Part shown: piece after piece, positions 54,674-64,000 of the stretch
Layout: the number at the start of each line of letters is the position of its first letter
How positions within the stretch are numbered: the first letter of the stretch is position 1
Source of the DNA: Flectonema sp. DT1601
Taxonomy: Eukaryota
Reading direction: 5' to 3'
Length of the DNA stretch: 64,000 nucleotides
NCBI GenBank assembly: GCA_964019425.1
Contig: OZ025801.1
Span: 186,001-250,000 of the forward strand
Notes under the pieces: model-generated
Database searches by the model: none
Seen by the model: the letters and a program-made list of their open reading frames with translations, nothing else
Told to the model about the DNA's origin: nothing
Translations under genes and position numbers: made by a program

Positions 54674-56137
54674 ACAAAACGTTGGTTTGTTGACTTCTGC
54701 TTCTTAATTTCTTTTTTCAATAAATAAAAGTGGCTTAACTGCTTTTTGTTTTTTTTTATTATACACTGAAAGCAAACAAAAACAACAAAACTGAGAGCGA
54801 TAGTTTCTTCTCTTCTATTCAGGAGCTGGAGGTCATCTATTCCAATGACACAATCACTTCCACTGTTACTGGTGTGTGAACAAAATGTTAGTTTGGTTGA
54901 CTTCTGCTTCGTAATATTTTCTTTACAAAAAAAAAAAAAAAAAGTCACCTTCTTGCTTTCGGTTTCCTCCTCCCCCATAAGTGTAAGATACACTCTATTC
55001 ATAACCCGTTTGATTGTGGGTATGTGATGGATGACTTATCCCTCTCACTTCTAATCTTGTATTGAAAAGATAGATTGATGTTATACATATCAATAGTCTT
55101 TGAAAACAATAACCTTCAAGTTCACGTACAGTTTCAATCATCCAAGTTTTCCCTTTCACGCTGAAAGTATTTCAACGTTGAGTCAGAGAAAAACTGTTGT
55201 CCTGTTAACGTTGTCCACGTCCTTTTTCATATTTCTTTTATTATTGTGTTTTCTAGTGTGGTCTCAGTCTCATGTGCTGCAGGCCACCGCCAACGAAACT
55301 GAATTGCTGGTTTTCCGCAAGGGTGTTTGGAGAACGTTTAAGTGTCCTGCTTGGGGTGTCCTCTCACCCCTGTTGGACATGTCTCCGTTGTCAATCACTT
55401 TAGTGAATCATTTGAATTGAAACTCAATCGAACTATTATATTTTTATCACACTGCCGACAGGCTTTGTATTTATTCCCCCTTCCTTTACTGTCGAATATT
55501 TAATAATTCATTGTTTTATTTATTCGCAACATAGTAGCTTTTAGCATTATTCCTTTCTCTCTCTTTATTTAAAATATTTACGAATTGTGATCACCTCTCA
55601 ATTACTTGTTATTATCGGGTGTGTGTTATCTTTGGTTTCGATTCTATATTTCATTTCTCAGGTACATAATAATGAATTCGACTACTTCATCAACAAGCAA
55701 GTAGATGACGTTTGTGTGATGTCATCTTACTGATTTGAGAGGGGAAAATGTCACAGCTTCATAGTTCATTTTTGAATTTCAAAACAGGATAGCCTTAGTG
55801 CCGCATAGATTTTTATTTTATGTCAGAATTTTGAAACAGGTGAAAGAAATTGCAGACTTGAGAGTTCAGCAACACTTCAGATAATTTGATATCCCTGCGT
55901 AGATACTTAGAGATAATCCTCCTGGGGAATCCCAATAATGGAACCAAACAATCACATGGACGATCATCCATTTGTGAAATTGATGTACACAGTCAGCTTG
56001 GATAAAGAAATCTGACAAATTGTTTTATTATAGTTTTTCATATCCTCAAGAGATTAGTACAGTTCTTCATTCGTCTCCGAGTTTATCATAAACATCATCA
56101 AACTATCACTTCAAACAGTTTACTTATATTTAAAGAA

Positions 56138-57689
56138 ATGAGAATTTTGATATTCTGCTTGGTAGCTTCCATAGTTCAGAGTCAGCCAACTGCTGATTGC
56201 GGAACATTGAAGTGCGGTACCGGATACGTCTGTGAGATGTTGCAGAGCAGTAACGGTGCTTACCCAGAATGTGTTGCAATGATGGCTCCAGCTAATGATT
56301 GTGCAAGCCTTAATTGCCTTCCTGGAACTGTCTGTGAGTTGATTCAGGGCAGTTCCGGTTCTTTCTATGAATGTGTTGCAAAGATGGCTCCAGTTGTTGA
56401 CTGTGCTAACGTGAAATGCCAAGCTGGATATGTTTGCGAAGTAATCAAGAACGCCGCCGGTATTCTCCCAGAATGTGTTCCAGTTCCTACTTCCGACTGT
56501 TCAACTTTCAAGTGCCTTGCAGAAACATTCTGTCAAATGTTTAAGGGCAGCAACGGTGCTTTCCCAGATGCAGACAGTAAACCAGTACAAAAGGCATCTG
56601 CTATGCCAGCTAGGAAGGCAAAATCGAAGACCAAGGAGGAGTTGACAAACGAAGAGAAGTTCTTAGCAGAGAAAGGACTGGCCAACAAATATGGAATTGC
56701 CTATGACGAGGCTGATGACGAAGCAAAAGCAGGAATGAAGCGTAGCATTGAAAAGATCCTGCAAGGGGATACCGTTCATGGTACTGGGAAACCTGAGGAT
56801 GCAAATGTTGAATTTATCACCCTCCAGAATGAGTTCGAGAACTTCTGCAAGCAATTCCCACATTGGGCTGAATCCGAACAATCATTTGTGGTGTGGAGAG
56901 ACCACGCTGAGATGCAAGCAATTGAAGACAAAACAGCTATTCAGGTTGTCCGCGTTCAAAACAGTGGCTTGAGCTACATGCACGCCCCAGCGGTCCTGCA
57001 GCATTATGTCATCACAAAGAACTCTGGTGGTACCCACCGTGAAATGCTCAACATCGCTAAGTTCATCAAGGAATATTTCACCCCAGATGAACTGTATGAC
57101 CACATTGTAAGGAACAAGGGTGGCAACTCAGTAGCATTTCTTCAGCACATCATGGGGTTGAAGGATAAAGATATTGAATCTTATACTATTCCAGGTGTTG
57201 AAAAGATGTCATTCCAATCTACAGCCCAGGATGTCTTCGATTCTGTTCAAGAACATGGTGTTGGTCTCGTTTCCAGTTTCAAAGTTGATGCGAACTTTCA
57301 TAAAGATGGTGTCTCCTTCATTGATACTTCATATGACTCTGATTCATGTAAGGTTTGTGTATTTTTCATTATTGCTTCGCTGTCAAGAATCAGTGGATGA
57401 CACAACCAAAAGAGGGGCATATTAAATAAAACAACGACAGGGAAGACATGCCATGGTAATCATCGGCACACACAAGAAAGAAGACGGAAAGTTTACATTC
57501 CTCCTGCAGAATTGGTGGAGGAAGAGACAGCTTATCGAAGTATCAGCTGAGTATCTCTCTCAGATTGGTGCGACTATTGTTTTTGTAAAGAAAGAAGTGA
57601 AAGAAATCCCAGAGGATTTCCCGAAGGACAGTGCCTCCTACATGGAGACTGAGGATCTGGGTGAGCAGCTGCTCCCTGAAAGTAAATAA
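56138..57689 (+). CDS. Gene B copy 3: Cys-repeat/papain-like (Ser-type) chimera; exons 56138..57352, 57441..57689
   Basis: Near-identical to B1 and B2, with the same intron and motifs. Confidence 0.8.
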
Positions 57690-57714
57690 ATTCACTTTTA
57701 ATCCTTCCTGTTTG

Positions 57715-59929
57715 CCCCGCAAACCCGCAAACCCTCACTAGAGATACCCGTCCAGGCTCGCTTCGCTCGCGCAAAGTTATTTTTCTTTTTTGTTTTTCTG
57801 TATGAAAATTGTAATTCTTGTTGTACTAATGCTAGCACGAAAACGACGGCTAGGTTGTGATATAAAAAAGTCCATGGTAGCCCCCCAATTTCCTTGGAAC
57901 CCAAAAAATCCCCATTACTGGTAATAATGTAAAAAAGCCCACGGTAGCCCCCATTTTCCTTGGAACCCAAAAAATCCCCAATACTGGTAATGATGTAAAA
58001 AAACCCGCAAACCCGCACTAGAGATACCCGTCCCTGTTAGGCTTTTTGGCCTTTAATCTTTTGGGGCATCCTTTCTGTTGTTCTTTCTCTCTGTTAATTT
58101 TAATTTTCTCTGTTTCATTCAGGTTTTTCTTAGCAAACGCAAAGTGAACTTAAAAACAAATAATCTTCTGCCAAAGCTTTTTTGCAGCAGACATTAAATT
58201 TTATGTCTAAAAATCCCCAATACTGGTAATAATTTAAAAAAGCCCACAGTTGTCCCCAATTTCCTTGGAACCTAAAAAATCCCCAATACTGGTACAATAC
58301 TGGTAATAATGTAAAAACTAGAGATACCCACCCAGCCTCGCTTCGCTCGCGCAAAGTCATTTTTGTTTTTATTTTTCTGAATGTATTAATATGCAAGCAC
58401 GAAAACAACGGATAGGTTATAATTTAAAAAATCCCACGGTAGCCCCCAATTTCCTTGGAACCCAAAAAATCCCCATTACTGGTAATAATGTAAAAAAGCC
58501 CACGGTAGCCCCCATTTTCCTTGGAACCCAAAAAATCCCCAATACTGATAATAATGTAAAATAACCCCCAACAAACCCGACAATCTTTCATTAAGCTCCA
58601 AACATGAAAAAAGCCAAGTCCCAGAAGCACTGTTCTGATAGCTAACTTCAGTAGTACCAGCTTATTGCATTTGCAGTTGCCATTTCCCCTCCTGGTAATC
58701 TCTGTGGAGCTTCTTCCCCTTTTGCTTCTTTTTTCTTTTCTTCCATGATTGTCTTTTATAGGAAGAATTTACATTAATTTCTTAATGTCTGAATGTGACT
58801 GCACATTCAGTCACAGTTTATTAACAGTTCAACTTAGGAGTTTAGTGCAGCAGTCATTAAGATGATGAATGTAAAAAATAAATCCCCGCCTTCTTCCCCT
58901 CTATCTAAACCCAAACACACATTTAAGATCCAGTTGTGATAGTGAAGAGAAAAAACGAGTTCTCCCCTTCGTTTTCTTTCTTTTGTAGCCCCCCTTTCCA
59001 CTACAATAATTCCCTCCTGAAGGTTTGCCACAGTTGATTGCGATGCAATTGTTTCTTTGTTTATTTACCCTTTTCCCCCAGCTTGAATTAGGTAATATCA
59101 TTTGAAAGTTGCTGTGATGGTGTTGTTATGAATGCAACTGTGAAGGTGGTCGCTATGCTGTAAATTCACATCGGTAGATGCATTGATATGAGAGCTGATG
59201 AGTTGCAACTGCATATGGTGAATGTTGTGTGTGAATGTGAACTGTGAAGGTTGAAAATATTAGTACATGCTATGTGTTCAAATGAAATGTTGCATCAGAG
59301 AGTTGCAGTTCATGTAATGTTTGAAGGTTGCATCTGATTGTGGTACTTCAAGGTTGCTGTTTTAGATACCATCTGTAGGTGCTAATTAACACCTACCCCT
59401 CGATATGCCTGCAGAACATCTTCAGCTGCATATTCGCATGGTAGGGGTATTGGTATGTATATCTGCAAGCTGTTGGCTGTAGGACTGCAAATCTAGGTGA
59501 ATATGAAACTAGGTTAGACATGTCCCTTCCCTACTACTTAACCTAGACATTGTTGTCATTTTAGGATTGGTGCTTCGCAGATCTGGGCATGATCTATTAT
59601 TACCAGTATTTGGAATTTTTTGGTTTCCAAGGAAAAAACTTTCTTTTTTTGGATGTGCAAACCCGCACTTTTCGATACCCGCTGACGGCTGTTTTTTGTT
59701 TGAAGACCCAAAAGAAAGGTCAAAAAGCCTAATGCAGGGAATAAAAACAGAGGTAACTAATACAAAGTTGTTCAGAAAAATAAAAATGGCTAACTTGAAA
59801 TAACCCACATATCCACTACAATAACCTAGCCATGAATTCAAAAAAACAAAAACAAAACAAAACAAAGCGAGCGAAGCGAGCCTGGACGGGTATCTCTAGT
59901 GCGGGTTTGCGGGTTTGCGAGTTTGCGGG
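57715..59929. mobile_element. Non-autonomous inverted-arm/Helitron-like composite (unit 3)
   Basis: As in unit 1, with one extra ~60-bp minisatellite copy near 57930..58000. Confidence 0.6.
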
Positions 59930-61151
59930 AAAAAAATTACATAACTAAACTGAGTGGAATACAATTACCTGCTTATAGCATTATAATAACAGGTTACGTC
60001 ATTTGTAGTTTATAGTTTACTTTTGATTTTATAACTTCACACAGGTTCTATGAACGATGAGAGATTCAGTGGGATCACTCAGGGTCTTGTAGAGACTGCC
60101 AATGTTGTGCGTTGATAGGCAAGGTGATCAACCTTTACATTCTCTCTTTTCCCTCCTGTTGTGACAAACACAAAATACACACACAGCTTACAGGTACTCA
60201 CATCTGCTGGAGCGATATCGATGCTTCCGTTGTCTTCCCTGGCTATTTCGTTTTCTAGTGTGGTCTCAGTCTCATGTGCTGCAGGCCACCGCCAACGAAA
60301 CTGAATTGCTGGTTTTCCGCAAGGGTGTTTGGAGAACGTTTAAGTGTCCTGCTTGGGGTGTCCTCTCACCCCCTGTTGGACATGTCTCCGTTGTCAATCA
60401 CTTTAGTGAATCACTTGAATTGAAACTCAATCGAACTATTATATTTTTTTCACACTGCCGACAGGCTTTGTATTTATTCCCCCTTCCTTTACTGTCGAAT
60501 ATTTAATAATTCATTGTTTTATTTATTCGCAACACAGTAGCTTTTAGCATTATTCCTTTCTCTCTCTTTATTTAAAATATTTACGAATTGTGATCACCTC
60601 TCAATTACTTGTTATTATCGGGTGTTTGTTATCTTTGGTTTCGATTCTATATTTCATCTCTCAGGTACATAATAATGAATTCGACTACTTCATCAACAAG
60701 CAAGTAGATGACGTTTGTGTGATGTCATCTTACTGATTTGAGAGGGGAAAATGTCACAGCTTCATAGTTCATTTTTGAATTTCGAAACAGGGTAGCCTTA
60801 GTGCCGCATAGATTTTTATTTTATGTCAGAATTTTGAAACAGGTAACAGAAATTACAGACTTGAGAGTTTAGCAACACTTCAGGTAATTTGATATCCCTG
60901 CGTAGATACTTAGAGATAATCCTCCTGGGGAATCCCAATAATTGAAACCAAACAATCACATGGACGATCATCCATTTGTGAAATTAATTTACACAGTCAG
61001 CTTGGATAAAGAAATATGACAAATTGTTTTATTATAGTTTTTCATATCCTCAAGAGATTATTACAGTTCTTCATTCGTCTCCGAGTTTATTTCTTCATTT
61101 GTTAAACATCATCAAACTATCACTTTAAACAGTTTACTTATATTTAAAGAA

Positions 61152-64000
61152 ATGAGAATTTTGATATTCTGCTTGGTAGCTTCCATAGTTCAGAGTCAGC
61201 CTACTGCTGATTGCGGAACATTGAAGTGCGGTACCGGATACGTCTGTGAGATGTTGCAGAGCAATAACGGTGCTTACCCAGAATGTGTTGCGAAGATGGC
61301 TCCTGCTAATAATTGTGCAAGCCTTAATTGCCTTCCTGGAACTGTCTGTGAGTTGATTCAGGGCAGTTCCGGTTCTTTCTATGAATGTGTTGCAAAGATG
61401 GCTCCAGTTGTTGACTGTGCTAACGTGAAATGCCAAGCTGGGTATGTTTGCGAAGTAATCCAGAACGCCGCTGGTATTCTCCCAGAATGTGTTCCAGTTC
61501 CTACTTCCGACTGTTCAACTATCAAATGCCTTGCAGGAACCGTCTGTCAAATGTTTACGGGAAGCAACGGTGCTTACCCAGAGTGTGTTTCTCCAGCTAA
61601 TGATTGTGCAAGCCTTAATTGCCTTCCTGGAACTGTCTGTGAGTTGATGCGGGGCAGTTCCGGTTCTTTCTATGAATGTGTTGCAAAGATGGCTCCAGTT
61701 GTTGACTGTGCTAACGTGAAATGCCAAGCTGGATATGTTTGCGAAGTAATCCAGAACGCCGCTGGTATTCTCCCAGAATGTGTTCCAGTTCCTACTTCCG
61801 ACTGTTCAACTTTCAAATGCCTTGCAGGAACCGTCTGTCAAATGTTTAAGGGAAGCAACGGTGCTTACCCAGAGTGTGTTTCTCCAGCTAATGATTGTGC
61901 AAGCCTTAATTGCCTTCCTGGAACTGTCTGTGAGTTGATGCAGGGCAGTTCCGGTTCTTTCTATGAATGTGTTGCAAAGATGGCTCCAGTTGTTGACTGT
62001 GCTAACGTGAAATGCCAAGCTGGATATGTTTGCGAAGTAATCCAGAACGCCGCTGGTATTCTCCCAGAATGTGTTCCAGTTCCTACTTCCGACTGTTCAA
62101 CTTTCAAATGCCTTGCAGGAACATTTTGTCAAATGTTTAAGGGAAGCAACGGTGCTTACCCAGAGTGTGTTTCTCCAGCTAATGATTGTGCAAGCCTTAA
62201 TTGCCTTCCTGGAACTGTCTGTGAGTTGATTCAGGGCAGTTCCGGTTCTTTCTATGAATGTGTTGCAAAGATGGCTCCAGTTGTTGACTGTGCTAACGTG
62301 AAATGCCAAGCTGGATATGTTTGCGAAGTAATCCAGAACGCCGCTGGTATTCTCCCAGAATGTGTTCCAGTTCCTACTTCCGACTGTTCAACTATCAAAT
62401 GCCTTGCAGGAACCGTCTGTCAAATGTTTACGGGAAGCAACGGTGCTTACCCAGAGTGTGTTTCTCCAGCTAATGATTGTGCAAGCCTTAATTGCCTTCC
62501 TGGAACTGTCTGTGAGTTGATGCGGGGCAGTTCCGGTTCTTTCTATGAATGTGTTGCAAAGATGGCTCCAGTTGTTGACTGTGCTAACGTGAAATGCCAA
62601 GCTGGATATGTTTGCGAAGTAATCCAGAACGCCGCTGGTATTCTCCCAGAATGTGTTCCAGTTCCTACTTCCGACTGTTCAACTATCAAATGCCTTGCAG
62701 GAACATTTTGTCAAATGTTTAAGGGAAGCAACGGTGCTTACCCAGAGTGTGTTTCTCCAGCTAATGATTGTGCAAGCCTTAATTGCCTTCCTGGAACTGT
62801 CTGTGAGTTGATTCAGGGCAGTTCCGGTTCTTTCTATGAATGTGTTGCAAAGATGGCTCCAGTTGTTGACTGTGCTAACGTGAAATGCCAAGCTGGGTAT
62901 GTTTGCGAAGTAATCCAGAACGCCGCTGGTATTCTCCCAGAATGTGTTCCAGTTCCTACTTCCGACTGTTCAACTTTCAAATGCCTTGCAGGAACCGTCT
63001 GTCAAATGTTTAAGGGAAGCAACGGTGCTTACCCAGAGTGTGTTTCTCCAGCTAATGATTGTGCAAGCCTTAATTGCCTTCCTGGAACTGTCTGTGAGTT
63101 GATGCAGGGCAGTTCCGGTTCTTTCTATGAATGTGTTGCAAAGATGGCTCCAGTTGTTGACTGTGCTAACGTGAAATGCCAAGCTGGATATGTTTGCGAA
63201 GTAATCCAGAACGCCGCTGGTATTCTCCCAGAATGTGTTCCAGTTCCTACTTCCGACTGTTCAACTTTCAAATGCCTTGCAGGAACCGTCTGTCAAATGT
63301 TTAAGGGAAGCAACGGTGCTTACCCAGAGTGTGTTTCTCCAGCTAATGATTGTGCAAGCCTTAATTGCCTTCCTGGAACTGTCTGTGAGTTGATGCAGGG
63401 CAGTTCCGGTTCTTTCTATGAATGTGTTGCAAAGATGGCTCCAGTTGTTGACTGTGCTAACGTGAAATGCCAAGCTGGATATGTTTGCGAAGTAATCCAG
63501 AACGCCGCTGGTATTCTCCCAGAATGTGTTCCAGTTCCTACTTCCGACTGTTCAACCATCAAATGCCTTGCAGGAACCGTCTGTCAAATGTTTACGGGAA
63601 GCAACGGTGCTTACCCAGAGTGTGTTTCTCCAGCTAATGATTGTGCAAGCCTTAATTGCCTTCCTGGAACTGTCTGTGAGTTGATGCGGGGCAGTTCCGG
63701 TTCTTTCTATGAATGTGTTGCAAAGATGGCTCCAGTTGTTGACTGTGCTAACGTGAAATGCCAAGCTGGATATGTTTGCGAAGTAATCCAGAACGCCGCT
63801 GGTATTCTCCCAGAATGTGTTCCAGTTCCTACTTCCGACTGTTCAACTATCAAATGCCTTGCAGGAACCGTCTGTCAAATGTTTAAGGGAAGCAACGGTG
63901 CTTACCCAGAGTGTGTTTCTCCAGCTAATGATTGTGCAAGCCTTAATTGCCTTCCTGGAACTGTCTGTGAGTTGATTCAGGGCAGTTCCGGTTCTTTCTA
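61152..64000 (+). CDS. Gene A copy 4 (3'-truncated by window): Cys-rich repetitive surface protein, at least 9 repeat units
   Basis: ATG 61152 begins MRILIFCLVASIVQS. The frame stays open with 291-bp repeats to the window end, which is why it is absent from the ORF track (no stop codon). Confidence 0.88.
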   Translation, partial: MRILIFCLVASIVQSQPTADCGTLKCGTGYVCEMLQSNNGAYPECVAKMAPANNCASLNCLPGTVCELIQGSSGSFYECVAKMAPVVDCANVKCQAGYVCEVIQNAAGILPECVPVPTSDCSTIKCLAGTVCQMFTGSNGAYPECVSPANDCASLNCLPGTVCELMRGSSGSFYECVAKMAPVVDCANVKCQAGYVCEVIQNAAGILPECVPVPTSDCSTFKCLAGTVCQMFKGSNGAYPECVSPANDCASLNCLPGTVCELMQGSSGSFYECVAKMAPVVDCANVKCQAGYVCEVIQNAAGILPECVPVPTSDCSTFKCLAGTFCQMFKGSNGAYPECVSPANDCASLNCLPGTVCELIQGSSGSFYECVAKMAPVVDCANVKCQAGYVCEVIQNAAGILPECVPVPTSDCSTIKCLAGTVCQMFTGSNGAYPECVSPANDCASLNCLPGTVCELMRGSSGSFYECVAKMAPVVDCANVKCQAGYVCEVIQNAAGILPECVPVPTSDCSTIKCLAGTFCQMFKGSNGAYPECVSPANDCASLNCLPGTVCELIQGSSGSFYECVAKMAPVVDCANVKCQAGYVCEVIQNAAGILPECVPVPTSDCSTFKCLAGTVCQMFKGSNGAYPECVSPANDCASLNCLPGTVCELMQGSSGSFYECVAKMAPVVDCANVKCQAGYVCEVIQNAAGILPECVPVPTSDCSTFKCLAGTVCQMFKGSNGAYPECVSPANDCASLNCLPGTVCELMQGSSGSFYECVAKMAPVVDCANVKCQAGYVCEVIQNAAGILPECVPVPTSDCSTIKCLAGTVCQMFTGSNGAYPECVSPANDCASLNCLPGTVCELMRGSSGSFYECVAKMAPVVDCANVKCQAGYVCEVIQNAAGILPECVPVPTSDCSTIKCLAGTVCQMFKGSNGAYPECVSPANDCASLNCLPGTVCELIQGSSGSF

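Larger units (their letters stand above)
25812..64000 (+). repeat. Tandem segmental array of a two-gene unit (A-B), about 9.9-12.9 kb per unit, at least 3.3 units, continuing past the window end
   Basis: A starts at 25812, 38441, 51302 and 61152, and B starts at 33516, 46425 and 56138. Intergenic sequences are near-identical between units. Confidence 0.95.

Noticed and set aside
25794..63764. Dozens of 60-100 aa minus-strand ORFs (MAFHVSTVNNW..., MAFQVTVNNW...)
   Set aside because: They are antisense shadows of the coding repeats of genes A and B and recur with the same 288/291-bp period.

Overview
AT-rich eukaryotic (protist-like) nuclear DNA with homopolymer-rich intergenic regions and short GT-AG introns. 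All 12 supportable protein genes lie on the + strand. Single-strand clustering and acceptor-like AACAG sites just before several start codons are compatible with a euglenozoan such as a diplonemid, but this is inference only. The left 25 kb holds single-copy genes: a partial tetraspanin-like gene, an inositol-monophosphatase-family/EcKL-like kinase fusion, a small single-TM gene whose intron carries a Mutator-like element (TIRs plus 9-bp TSD), a CAF1 deadenylase with an N-terminal PAM2-like motif, and an intronless 4114-aa VPS13. Two degenerate LSU rRNA fragments also lie here. From 25.8 kb to the window end is a young tandem array of a two-gene unit (A1-B1-A2-B2-A3-B3-A4). A is a giant Cys-rich type I surface protein built of 288/291-bp repeats of variable number. 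B is a chimera of A's upstream region, signal peptide and first repeats fused to a papain-like domain that has Ser at the predicted catalytic Cys position. Each complete unit also carries a Helitron-like/inverted-repeat composite and a duplicated copy of A's 3' end. No database searches were possible, so family calls come from motif recognition.
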